Shown here one piece after another: positions 24,220-36,260 of a stretch of DNA of 64,000 bases (its first letter is position 1; every line of letters starts with the position of its first letter). Under the pieces are notes generated by a model. That model made no database searches, had not been told where the DNA came from, and worked only from the letters and a program-made list of their open reading frames with translations. Origin of the DNA: Octopus vulgaris. Lineage: Eukaryota. The stretch is from positions 65,906,001 to 65,970,000 of the forward strand of contig OX597832.1 in assembly GCA_951406725.2 (NCBI GenBank), written 5' to 3'. The position numbers and the translations under genes are program-made.

Positions 24220-24928
24220 TTTTCAGTCATGGAGTTAGATTTATGAAGGTCTTCAGTAGAAAATCCTTCGAATTCTGACTCGCTGCTTGATATAATGAAA
24301 TTCGTATCCATTTTTTGTCAGAATTACAAATTTTGAAAACACAATAGGAACAAATTTCGGAAAAAAATCTTCCATAATTCACGGAATTAAAATTACACTT
24401 CGATTTTTCTACAAAACTGTATTTGAAGTGTTTACGAAGTATAATACGTGTTTTCACAGGCGGTTTGGTAACGAAAGGGTTTATATAAGTGTCGTTTGTT
24501 TATACATAAACACTGTTTCAAACTTTCAGTTTAGTCTTCCTCAAATCACTCTGTCGCTATTTACTCTCTTCCAAGAACATTTTCACTCACTCTTATCTGT
24601 TAGCTTGCCATACATTTTACTCATGTATCTATCAGCGTGATAGACAGAAACAAATATTACATCTAGTTTCACTTTATTCGTTGCACACTGTGTGTGTGCG
24701 TTTGCGTGTGCTGTAAACCAGACTAAGAAAAGCATTTGACATACACACCAGAATGTGAGTTTTCTGTAAATTTTGCTTAATTGGAGTTTAAAATTTAAAA
24801 ACTGGACCTGGCATGACCCGATGCATTCTACTCTTAAAAATGCTAGGTAAATTGTAATTGAAGAAATCCTATATTGTAGATTTCAATAAGTGACAAAGGG
24901 AGGCAGATAAAATCTGCCTTTTATAATA

Positions 24929-24932
<4 letters not shown>
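24220..24932 (-). mobile_element. Probable second Helitron-type element (5' part)
   Basis: Minus-strand 5' end ATCTTATTATAAAAGGCAGATTTTATCTGCC with hairpin GGCAGAT..ATCTGCC; no 3' CTAG end identified. Confidence 0.4.
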
Positions 24933-24967
<35 letters not shown>

Positions 24968-26053
24968 TCAGATCATCCCGTAAGTTCTGTCCGATTTTAC
25001 CTTTTTCTGAAAAATTGAATGCAATTTATTGGTATAGTATTTTAGAATGTCGAATGGAATTAAAAATGGAAAGTATGCTTGAATGAAAGTATTTGCAGAA
25101 GATGATTTGCAAAATTCAGAAGTTGAGATTTCAGCCTTGAAAATGAAGATCGAACCGGATGACCAGTTAAGTTTCCTGATAAGCTCCTTGAACCATTCCT
25201 CGAAGAAAATCCTGCATTATCAGTTGAAGGATTGGCTTAGTTCAAACCATGCCTATTTCAAACCATGCAGCTGTTCATCGTCATCTTCAACAACTTATAA
25301 AGGTTCCTAGACTTGGAATATGGGTGCATGATGAATTGTTCGAAAACAACCGCAAATCCCGATTTGACATCTGCTCTTCCCTCCATTCTCGGGAAAGCAT
25401 CTCACCCGTTTTGTGACTGGTGACAAAAATTGGATCTTCTATCTCAATGTTAAACGTCGTAAACAGTGGCTTGCTAAAAGGGAATAAGCTCAACTACAAC
25501 CGAGAAAGGAACTTCATGGAAAAAAAAGTTTCTACTCTCTATCTGGTGGTAATGCAAAGGAGTAATTCAATTTAAATTGTTACCACCTAATCCAACAATC
25601 AATGCTGAAGCCTACAGTCAGCAATTAGAGCATTTGAACCAAGCTTTGAAGAAAAAAATAGATCCGCTATAATGACGCGAAAAGGAGCGATGTTTCTTCA
25701 GGACAATGCGCGACCCTACGCTGCATTGATCATATCACAGAAGATTGAAGAGCTTGGTTGGGAAACAAATCCTCATCTACCTTATTTTCCGGACCTTTCT
25801 CCTTCATGCTAACATTTGTTTTGTAATTTACAGAATCATTTGGAGGATATAACTTCCACAAGCCAGGAAGAGGTCGAAACTGACATTTCAGAGTTCTTCG
25901 CTTTGAAACGAAAAGAGTGCTACATTGATGGGAATAAAAACCTTGTAAATAGATCGAAGTAAGTCATAGATAATCAGGGAAAGTACATTGATGATTAAAT
26001 TTCAATTAAATATAACATTTGATCACTTCTTTTCGTTATTCAAAATTCGGACA
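24968..26053 (+). mobile_element. Mariner (DD34D-type) transposon, decayed
   Basis: TA followed by TIR TCAGATCATCCCGTAAGTTCTGTCCGATTTT. Motifs VTGDKNWIFY, FLQDNARP and PHLPYFPDLSPS occur across frameshifts. The 3' TIR AAAATTCGGACA is truncated by the Penelope insertion. Confidence 0.85.
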
Positions 26054-26070
26054 ATACTCAGTCTCAACGT

Positions 26071-26800
26071 ATGGCTCACCACTTCACCCTACGTGGATAC
26101 TCCATCACCACTATCCACACCGCCCTTGCCAGAGCACGGTCCGTGGACCGTGTATCTGCTCTCTCTCCCCGAACCCGCCCTGTAGTCTCCCGCCTCCCTT
26201 TTCCCCTCACTTACCACCCCACGACCCTACGTCTCCAACGCACCATTCTTCGAGCTTTCCGTCATCTCCAGTCCGACCCGTCCACTTCACACCTCTTCCC
26301 TAACCGACCCCTCCCCTCTTTCAAACGAGCCCACCTTCGAGACCTTTTGGTCCATAGCTCCTTCCCTGACCCTACCTCCCAACCCGGCTCGTTCCCCTGC
26401 TCCCGCCCACGTTGCCGCACTTGCCCTTACCTCTCCAACACCACCCGCCTCACTAGCACCCACCATCGACCCTATCCCATCATCCACTCCTTCACCTGCA
26501 CCTCCAGCAATATTATCTATTGCATCTCTTGCTCTCTCTGCAATTCCTTGTACATCGGACAAACGGGACGCCGCTTGGCTGACCGGTTCGCGGAACACCT
26601 TCGTGACATCCACCTTGCGAACGACACACCGGTCTCACGCCATTTCCGCTCCACCGGTCACTCCTTGCAACACCTATCTGTGTTCGGTTTGTCCTTACAC
26701 AGAGGCCATCCGGATTCCCGTTTGCGCCGTGAACAGGAATTAATCTTCTCTCTTCGCTCTTATACGCCATTTGGTCTCAACTCTCCCCCTCCTCATCTAA
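26071..26800 (+). pseudogene. Penelope ORF C-terminus (linker and GIY-YIG endonuclease)
   Basis: Contains NIIY..LYIGQT (GIY-YIG), the conserved R/H/E residues and a terminal GLN. The RT is absent because of 5' truncation; read-through beyond ~26800 is low-complexity sequence. Confidence 0.85.
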
Positions 26801-27124
26801 CCCCCTCTCCCCCTCCTCACCTATCCTTTCCCCCGACCCCTACTTCTTCAGTCCTTCATACTTTCACCCCTATTCCCCTTCCCTTCTTCCCTCTTTCTCC
26901 CTCCCTCTTTCCCTTCCCTCTGCTCCCTCACTCCCTCTCTCCCCTTCTCTCTCTCCCCCTCTCCCTCTTTCCTCCTTCATCCCCATCCTCCCCCACCCTC
27001 TCCTCTTCCCCCCTCTCCTCCCCCTCTTCTTCCCCTCCCCTTCTCTCTCCCGTCTTCTCCCCCTCCCCTCTTCTCCTCATTACACCACATGACTTTACAC
27101 ATCACATCACATATGATGTGCCAT

Positions 27125-27460
27125 ACTAATACACACACCAACTAATACATACTAATACGTACTAATACATACTAGTACATACTAATACATACACCAACCT
27201 TATACATACACACGCCCAGACCCCGCATACGCACTTATACTCTCTCATACACAAACACACACTTATACATACCAATACGTACTAATATATACTAATACAT
27301 ACTAATACATACACCAACCCCATACATACGCACGTCCAGACCAATCCTACGCACTAATACTCTCTCATACACACACACACACACACACACCCTTATACAT
27401 ACTAATACATACACCAACCCTATACATACACACATCCAGACCCCTCCTACGCACTATTAG
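27125..27460. repeat. Nested tandem repeat (ACTAATACAT 10-mers within ~110-120-bp units)
   Basis: Three units containing ACACCAACC..ATACATAC..CCAGACC..TACGCACT. Confidence 0.8.
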
Positions 27461-27626
27461 CTGGTCCCTCAACCCTTTTATCAACCCTATTATCTCCCCT
27501 TATTTCGCTCTCGCGTCTCATGTTTGATCTTTGACCTCTGGCCGAAATCAGATCGCCATGTTGATTCGTTAGCTACTGCACGCATTTTTTTCTCTCCTTC
27601 TTTCTGTGTTTTTCTCTCTCTGTGTA

Positions 27627-27664
27627 TCTTTCTGTTGAAGAGCGTAGGCTCGAAACGTTAAAGA
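27627..27664 (+). ncRNA. Minimal (dimer-type) hammerhead ribozyme with an A6U core lesion
   Basis: TCTTT CTGTTGA A GAGC GTAG GCTC GAAAC GTT^ AAAGA: stem I TCTTT/AAAGA, stem II GAGC/GCTC, palindromic ACGT stem III. Confidence 0.7.
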
Positions 27665-27762
27665 CTTGTTTTATTTATATTTCCTGAGCGCCATACTAAT
27701 ACAATTGTTCGTTTGTTTTCCACCTGCCTTCGTCTTTTGTTTATTTTCATAAAGCTTCCCGT

Positions 27763-27837
<75 letters not shown>

Positions 27838-27860
<23 letters not shown>

Positions 27861-27964
27861 ATATAGATATTGATATAGACATATAGATGTAAATGTGTGT
27901 ACATGTATGCATATATGAATATACATAGGTATCTGTGAAGGCACATGTCATAGTGTTCAGGATA

Positions 27965-28038
<74 letters not shown>

Positions 28039-28164
28039 GTGTGTGTGTGTATGTATATATACATATTGATATAGACATATAGATGTAAATGTGTATACAT
28101 GTATGCATATATGAATATACATAGGTATCTGTGGAGGCACATGTCATAGTGTTCAGGATAGTAT
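27838..28164. repeat. Tandem duplication of a ~130-bp unit separated by (TA)n
   Basis: ..GATATAGACATATAGATGTAAATG..GGCACATGTCATAGTGTTCAGGATAGTATA occurs at ~27838-27968 and ~28040-28164. Confidence 0.85.
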
Positions 28165-28169
28165 AATTC

Positions 28170-28519
28170 AAATTCTTTTACTTCAGACACATGTTTCGAA
28201 GATATTATTGGTATTATTCCAAAGGAATAAAATGTTGTAAAATAATGTAATCTTTTCTTTAGGTAAATGAAGAAATGAAACTCGTCAATAAGACATTTTA
28301 ACAGAATATGATGAATATGTAAAGTGATGAACTGAACGCTATTACGTTTTTACTCCATTTGTATATATTATACAAAATATTTCACATAAACCCGGAGTTT
28401 CTACCTTTAAAAAGAGGGTGTTACACCCTTTTTACTTCTGTGATTTTTTACTACACTGGTAAATGTTTATCTAGTTTTGCTGTGTTAATTGTAAGCAAGG
28501 GAAAATACATACATCTATT

Positions 28520-28520
<1 letters not shown>
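28170..28520. mobile_element. Penelope-type terminal repeat with an inverted part and a decayed extended hammerhead
   Basis: Minus strand 28186-28262 reads CTAAAGA AAAGAT..TTATTCCTTTGGAAT..ATCTTC GAAAC ATGT GTC, homologous to 31503-31636. Plus strand 28355-28520 (CCCGGAGTTTCTACC) is homologous to 31665-31830. Confidence 0.65.
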
Positions 28521-28562
<42 letters not shown>

Positions 28563-28602
28563 ACATATATACATAAATATACACATACATTCATATATAC
28601 AC

Positions 28603-28650
<48 letters not shown>

Positions 28651-29033
28651 ATATTGTATTACAAAACAGGAGAGTGAAGGATAATTAATTGGTATTTATT
28701 CCATTGCACATGTTGCATTTGTTAATCTTTCATACAAAATTGTATACGTAGGCTGATCATGTAATAAACATCCTATTAGAAATTCTGGAGACATTAATCA
28801 AATAATATTTGAAGAATATTCAACTCCAATGCATATCTCACACAAGTATAACTACGTATGGAATGGAAATATTAGAAGAGACAGATGTTCTTCAAGGGAA
28901 CATAGCTTGGATTTTAACTTATAAAATATGTATATGTATGCATATATGAATGTATGTATGTATGTGCATGTATGTATGTGCATGTATGTATGTACATATG
29001 TAGGCATGCATGTAAGTACATATGTATGTATAT

Positions 29034-29145
29034 AATCCTGCTGGATTTCTAGTAACCTTCCTTTCCAGGGTGGCCCGGTGGGGGTGGCGGTTTAGTCACC
29101 CGACCATGCAACAGGTTGTACTGGATTCCATGTTACCAGGAGCAC
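29034..29145 (-). mobile_element. 5' terminal fragment of an RTE LINE
   Basis: Reverse complement CTGGTAACATGGAATCCAGTACAACCTGTTGCATGGTCGGGT..CCAGCAGGA is homologous to 9560-9682. Confidence 0.8.
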
Positions 29146-29495
29146 TAATGATAGCCTCATAAGTAACCTGACCTATTGAAAGCTCGAATGAACCTAGTGC
29201 AGGCTCAATGGTTATGTGGCTATTGCTCGGGTATGTAGATATTCCAAGATAGTGTCGGGCGTGCTGAAAGACCACTGGAATTGAAGTACTCATCAGCTTC
29301 TGTTGAAGCATGACTCTTGGAGAAGGTCACTGATATAACATCATTTATGCAGGGAATAGTGTTGGACATTTTAGCGATCTTTGGTTTGTGCTAGAGATCA
29401 TAGCGCTCCCAGATTTCTGATACTGCATGTCATATTGGCAACAGACATCTTGCTCTTGATTGTCTCAGGAGAATGTCAGTAAAGTAGAGAGTGTC
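29146..29495 (-). mobile_element. Old LINE (RTE-like) RT C-terminal remnant
   Basis: Faint minus-strand similarity (ETIKSKMSVANM..IWERYDL..QTK) to the region after YLGS in the 12464 ORF. Confidence 0.3.
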
Positions 29496-29581
29496 AATGA
29501 GGTGTCGTGCAAGCTTTACTGTAACTACAACTCTGCGCAGGAATTGCTGACCTCTGCTCGATATGTGCAGCTTTTTTCGCC

Positions 29582-29614
<33 letters not shown>

Positions 29615-29956
29615 CAAAACAGGAGAGTGAAGGATAATTAATTGGTATTTATTCCATTGCACATGTTGCATTTGTTAATCTTTCATACAAAATTGTATAC
29701 GTAGGCTGATCATGTAATAAACATCCTATTAGAAATTCTGGAGACATTAATCAAATAATATTTGAAGAATATTCAACTCCAATGCATATCTCACACAAGT
29801 ATAATAACTACGTATGGAATGGAAATATTAGAAGAGACAGATGTTCTTCAAGGGAACATAGCTTGGATTTTAACTTATAAAATATGTATATGTATGCATA
29901 TATGAATGTATGTATGTAATTGATTAATAATTAATTAATTTTACCCTCAATTGTTG

Positions 29957-30002
<46 letters not shown>

Positions 30003-30013
30003 TATCTTCAGTA

Positions 30014-30061
<48 letters not shown>

Positions 30062-30417
30062 TATATATGTATATATATATATATATATATATCGGGGTGT
30101 TGATAGAACTGGAAATCAAGCTATCAGCTTTTTCGTGCTTGTGACTCTGGAGAAACATGTTCATCATTAACGGTAAGAGATTGGTTTCGTTTATTTTACT
30201 CCGTTTTTTGCGTATGTGAATCGCAGGGTTCGTCGTATTTGGAAAATCCACTTATAGAAAATGGCAAAAAACAGTCTTTGACTGCCATTTCTAATTCCTC
30301 CGGTATGCGGCGAGGCAGCCTGCTGCCGCCCTTTAATGAGGTGTCGTGCAAGCTTTACTGTAACTACAACTCTGCGCAGGAATTGCTGACCTCTGCCGAT
30401 ATGTGCAGCTTTTTTCG

Positions 30418-30451
<34 letters not shown>

Positions 30452-30459
30452 TATATTCA

Positions 30460-30493
<34 letters not shown>

Positions 30494-30502
30494 TATATTC
30501 AG

Positions 30503-30560
<58 letters not shown>

Positions 30561-30574
30561 TATATATGTATATA

Positions 30575-30615
<41 letters not shown>

Positions 30616-30869
30616 TGTTGATAAAGGAAATCAAGCTATTTTCGTGCTTGTGATCTAGAAACATGTTCATCATTAACGGTAAGAGATTGGTTTCGTTTAT
30701 TTGCTACTCCGTTTTTTGCGTATGTGAATCGCAGGGTTCGTCGTATTTGGAAAATCCACTTATAGAAAATGGAAAAAACAGTCTTTGACTGCCATTTCTA
30801 ATTCCTCCGGTATGCGGCGAGGCAGCCTGCTGCCCGCCCTTTAATTATTTTCACTATATATATATATAT

Positions 30870-31828
30870 ATATATCTGTGTCCTTTCCTTTTGATAAGGG
30901 CAAGAGATTTTGTAACATTTGTAACTCTGAACTCTTCCATATTCTTTTCGCTAAGGTTCCCCTAGTAAACACACTCATAAAAAAATCGTACAAATGTAAA
31001 CACTGGCAGAAACACTTTCTACTCATAAATGATAACGATAGTCACTGTGGTTTGAACAATTAGCTTCACGTCCACCCCACTGCTATAGAGAAATTCTTTC
31101 CTAAGCCTTCGAACATTCTTTCAATCAACGTACCCTTCCCTCTCCACTTGTTCCCTACCTATTATTCCTTTATACCTTCCCTTCCTACTATCTATCTTTG
31201 ACGTCTGTCTCTCTCTCACACACACAATCACACACACAAACACAAATGCAGTTATACACAGACACAAACACACGCACTCATTAACACAAGCACACACCCA
31301 CACATTTCCATACATACAGCAAACATACTGTTCCCTACCTATTATTACTTTATCCCTTCTCTTCCTCCTACTATCTATTTTTGACGTAAATTCTTCTAAC
31401 GGATTTAAAAAAAAAAAAACACTCATTATCGCTTTGTTTACCATGTAGGCAATCATCGACATTTTTGTTTGTCTTGTTGTCGAGAGAGGCGCCCTTTCTT
31501 TCCTGATGAGAAGATTGCATAATTCACCCTTTATTCCTTTGGAATGAAAATATGCTGTCTTCGAAATATGTGAAGATTGCATAATTCACCCTTTATTCCT
31601 TTGGAATGAAAATATGCTGTCTTCGAAATATGTGTCGAGAGTAAAGGAATTCGACTCCATTCTTCCATTTATTCATATACAACACACACATTTCTACACA
31701 TGAACCCGGAGTTTCTACCCTTGACAGGTCGCTTCAACCGTGTTTTCTGACGTGAATTTGCTACCCAGGTTTCGGTTAAACGAATTTTCCATGCTGACGA
31801 TAAACATAGGATAATTCATTCACCTACT

Positions 31829-31830
<2 letters not shown>
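30870..31830 (+). mobile_element. Degenerate Penelope-like 3' end with hammerhead-bearing terminal repeat
   Basis: ORF 30878-31063 ends ..HWQKHFLLINDNDSHCGLNN* (GLN motif), followed by a CA-rich tract, the hammerhead at 31493-31647 and (TA)n. Confidence 0.55.
31493..31647 (+). ncRNA. Type I hammerhead with extended stem II and an internal 62-bp tandem duplication
   Basis: CCTTTCTTTC CTGATGA GAAGAT..GTCTTC GAAA TATGT GTC^ GAGAGTAAAGG; 31510-31571 is repeated at 31572-31633. Confidence 0.75.
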
Positions 31831-31881
<51 letters not shown>

Positions 31882-31940
31882 TTTAGTATATATTTATATA
31901 TTTATTTATTTTCAGTATACATTTATTTTATTTTTATTCG

Positions 31941-33910
31941 GAAGTCCTGTGGCGATGGTAAGATTGTGAAGCATGCAGACCAGACGGGTTGGAAACATGT
32001 AGTCAGCGACCTGCATTTAGGCGGCCCATGCTAGATATAAAGTCGTCTCGTTGTCTCCCAAGACAGCGGTAGGCTTCGGTTGCTGTATAGGACTCTGAAC
32101 AGCTCCGTTTGGAGAGGGCACTGTTCAGCCAATGGTCGGGGAGGTTCTAGCAATGGTGAACCAAAAATATTAAGAAATATTACCTGTCTTTCTACATCTG
32201 GTCAGCACTTGAAAAACAAAGAGACTTTTATTTACAAAATCTGGATGGAACTTCAACATTTCATGTTGGAATGTGCGCACTATGTCGGATAACAAAAATG
32301 ATTGTAGGCCTGAAAGATGCACGGCATTTGTTGCTCGCGAGCTGAACTGCTATAACATTGATATAGCTTTCAGAGACTCGTATAGAAAGTGATGGTCAGC
32401 TTGAGGAAGTAGGAGGTGAATGCACATTTTGGGGGGAAGGGAGGCAAGAAGAGGCGCGCCGAAAGACTGGTGTTGGCTTTGCAGGTCGATCTGATATACT
32501 TAAGAAGTTAGAAGAGCTTCTTGTTCCTTTAAATGAACTTTTAATGACTCTACAATTGCACTTGAAAGGAGGGCGGCTTGCTACAGTAATAAGTGCCTAT
32601 GTACCTACTTTGACTAGTTGTGTGGAAGATAAAGGTATTATCTATACCCAGCTGATAGCCATACTTAGGAAATTCGCCAATTCTGCTGAAGTCATTCTAC
32701 TGGGGAATTCCTATGCCAGGGCTGGAAGTGTCTGGCAAACAGAACTCTCTGGGACCTTTTTGTGTAGGGTAGGGAAAATGAATAGCAATGGTCTCATGCT
32801 GCCGAATCTTTGCGATGAACATGGACTTTGCATCGCAAGCGCTCATTTTATGCACAAAGTTACTCACACAACAACGTGGGTGCATCCATATTCTAAAGAT
32901 TGGCACTTGCTGGATTATGCCATCATACAGAAGCGTGACATTTTTGACATTTGTAATGTCAATTCCTTTCATGTATCGGATTACTGGACAGACCACTGTC
33001 TGATGATTTGAGTGGAGGAGAGAAGAGGGCCAGTCCACATTCCTCGACGTCTGAATGTGTCCACAAGATATATGATGCTGCGTTGAGGAAAAAGCTTCAG
33101 ACTCGCTTGTCCAGCATTGAAAATAATGCAGCATGGGAAGATTTTGGGGACCATGTTCTTCAATGTGCTGCTGAAATACTAGGATTATTCTACTGTCAGA
33201 CAGAGAGACTGGTTTAATGAAAATGATGCTAAAGTTCAGCGACTATTGGCTGCAAAGCGCCATGCACGCAATGTATTGCTGCACAGAGGACTTTTTGCCG
33301 TGTAGTGAAATCTAGCACTTGCCCACAGTAACAGTGTAAATTCACTACTGCAGAGATCTCTCAGGAAGATGCAGAACACTTGGTGGGAGGATGTCGCTCG
33401 TGATGTTCAGGCTACTGCTGATGCAAATGACAGCAAGAAGCTTTACCATCTTATGAAGCAAGTTTATGGGCCTAAGAATTCCGCATCATTTCCTTTGCTT
33501 TTCAAGGAGTCTTATACTTTATTTAGTAAATCAACAGAAATCACAGGCTGCTGGATAGAATACTTCCCTGAACTCCTAAACCATGAGTCAGTTTTGGATG
33601 AAACAGCGATCGATACTTTGCAACACAAAACTATCGTTGGCTCCTTAAATTCTATGGCCTCAATAGATGAGGTAATGATATCAATAAGTAAAGTGAATTT
33701 TGGCAGTGAACCAGGAATGTATGGAATTTTTTGTTGAGATATTGTGATTCGATGGGGATTATATTATACAGTCTCTTCATGAACTCATTAGTACAGTCCG
33801 GAGGGATGGTAGAATGCCTAAGAAGTGAAATGATGCAATTATTCTTCCTCTCTATAAAGTAAAAGGAGCCAGAACAATGTGTGGTAACTACAGAGCTGTA
33901 ACTCTAGCGG
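31941..33910 (+). mobile_element. Degenerate RTE LINE (5' UTR part, APE and start of RT)
   Basis: AAGTCCTGTGGCGATGG matches 9944. Motifs CWNVR, TVISAYVPT, LLGN, TTWVHPYSKDWHLLDY, WTDH, DWFNEND, YHLMKQVYGP and CGNYRAV; many stops. Confidence 0.9.
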
Positions 33911-34214
33911 TAGTCTCAGGCTCCTTCTCCATATACAGCACAAATCTCACCAGCAGCTTCAATTAGATTAGATGTAAAAAGCAAATGATATCGAAAATGC
34001 TCAGTTTTGTCCTCTTCACCTTCCATTTTAACTATCTGAAAACGCATAAATGCCAATAAATTTAAAAGTCAAAATACACTAACTCGTAGAACAAATAAAT
34101 TCTCTTTTAAATAACATAAAATAATTTTCAATGCGTTTTATTTCAGCGTGCATTTTAAAATTTGAAAAAAATGCTCATGGATTATTTCTCAACCTAATAT
34201 ATATATATACATAT

Positions 34215-34410
34215 ACATATATATGTATGTATTTATGTATGTATGTATGTATGCATGTATGTATGTATGTATGTATGTATGTATGTATGTATGTATGTAT
34301 GTATGTATGTATGTATGTATGTATGTATGTATGTATGCATGCATGTATGTATGTATGTATGTATATATGTGTGTGTATATGTGTGTACTTGCGTATGTGT
34401 ATGTGCGTGT
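34215..34410. repeat. (TATG)n microsatellite
   Basis: Direct inspection. Confidence 0.95.
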
Positions 34411-35149
34411 ATTTTAACATATTTGCCTTGGATTATTTACACATTAAACTAAATGACAATGTCTGTATACATATAAACATATATTTATGTGTTTAAATAC
34501 AAACAAGTAGGTTAAAAACGAAAGAACTTACTGAACATATATAGTCGGAGTTGGGAATATTAAATAACAGTTTGAATCGGCTTCATAATAAAAACAGTTT
34601 TATTCATGCAGATTAATGAGTAATGCATCTTCATATTGAGAGGTAATTGTCAAGAAATGTAAAAATTAAAATATATGTGGGAGAGATCTCGGCTAAATTC
34701 CGGTCATGTGGTTATTTTGATAAAAGCTCTTGGGCTAAATTTCACTTTAAGAAATATCCTAGTTCAATGACATTAGGGTCATAATCAGGACATACCTATG
34801 ATGATTAGCGGACAAATATATTTTTCCTGTTGATGGATATTTCTAGCTGTTACACAACATGTAGCTTCTCTCGCAAGCATAGTGAGTATCCTGAGGTTCT
34901 TATCAGGAGATAAAGACTCTGATAACGTCGCTTTGTGGTCGGATGGCTGTGTTTCTCTTTGTTCTGGAATCACCAAATAGAATAGCACAGGTCTATGGAG
35001 CTACAGCCTTTCGGATAGCTTACCATTCTGTGGTAATATTTCTCAAATCAGTTTTCAAACGCCCTTGCTCATCTATCTGGTTTTGAAAAACATCATCAAA
35101 CCTTCAGTGTTAGGAAACGTTATTGTTTTTTAATTATTTATATGGCAAA

Positions 35150-36260
35150 CTTAAAACACTGTATATATTGTACGAAACAAACAACAGCAGCCACAAAACG
35201 GCCACACTGCCAAAAACAAAACTAAAATACACAAAACAAAAAGAAAACTAATATGTCCACATACAATAGCATCGAAACAGAGACAATAAAGCATGTCACT
35301 CTACGAAAGCTTGATTATGACAATTACATCGCATGAGGCCCATTTAGAATTCTTTGTGGCTGTAATCTCAACCTCATGTCAAACCTAAATGCAGGCCAAT
35401 GATTTATTCTAAGAGTGAGATAGACATTGTCAGTAAATGTATTCTTCGATGTCATCGAAGGTCCACACAGTTGATAAAATACATCAACTGTCCTGAACCG
35501 GTTCTGCAACATCGAGAATAATATAAGCTGCAGATTCACAAAACGTACTATCGCAGATTTCATAATTTCTCAAAGAAATTCTTATGGAAATCACTATGTT
35601 TTGGGAAACAACTCACAAGAAACAGGGATCTTGATATCAGACACATCTTTGACCCTAGGAAGTCATTCTGATTCCAATGCTCACCAATTTTCCAAAGAGA
35701 AGGACGCAATCATCAATCCCCTATTCTGATGTGTTCAATTTCTGAAACCAAAAAATTAAGGAAGGTATCACAAGCAATTAATATCTTCCAATTATCTTTC
35801 TATTCTCCAGATACGGCAGCAAACCTACTCCGTCTATAAAAAAGTTATCTGTAACAACAGACTATATTGCAACTTAATTAAGATACAACCTATTTAGGCA
35901 GTCGCGTTATTTCTGATCATCAACAGAAGTGAAAGCCGTATACAATGACATAATTCATTCAGCGACATAAACATTACACGGAAGAGTAATTCCTGTGGTT
36001 GTAGACTGCCTTCAAAATACACATCTTAATCCGTTCCCCTCAATGATGTCTTTAATAATTCCTCCCATTACTAGCAACAACACCAGCTTTGACACGTTTC
36101 AACAGAGCTGTAGGAAATGTAAGATTCTATAATTCCCTACAGAATGGAAATAAAGAATGCCCTCACCGACTTTTACAAACGACTGATCTAAACAAATTTA
36201 ACTGTCAAAATAGAGACCAAATAAACAAATAATTATCTCACCCCTCACTGAATCCTAATT
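35150..36260 (+). mobile_element. Possible ancient CR1/L2-like LINE 3' remnant
   Basis: A/C-rich strand bias and a weak FNRA..YNSL-like terminal shadow; no ORF. Confidence 0.2.

Larger units (their letters stand above)
26054..27763 (+). mobile_element. 5'-truncated Penelope-like element with an intact-looking GIY-YIG domain and hammerhead-bearing terminal repeat
   Basis: ORF 26071-27129 contains GSFPCSRPRCRTCPY..SFTCTSSNIIYCISCSLCNSLYIGQTGRRLADRFAEH..REQELIFSLRSYTPFGLN. It is followed by a CT-rich tract, tandem repeats, a hammerhead at 27627-27664 and (TA)n. Confidence 0.9.
28660..30845. repeat. Interleaved near-identical local duplications
   Basis: 28660-28962 matches 29613-29918; 29496-29579 matches 30335-30417; 30096-30337 matches 30614-30845. 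Confidence 0.9.

Noticed and set aside
26800-27129. Pro/Ser/Leu-rich C-terminal extension of the GIY-YIG ORF
   Set aside because: Read-through into a CT-rich low-complexity tract after the natural GLN end.
27125-27460. Regularly spaced repeats reminiscent of a CRISPR array
   Set aside because: The spacers are themselves repeated and low-complexity, the context is eukaryotic, and no cas genes are present.
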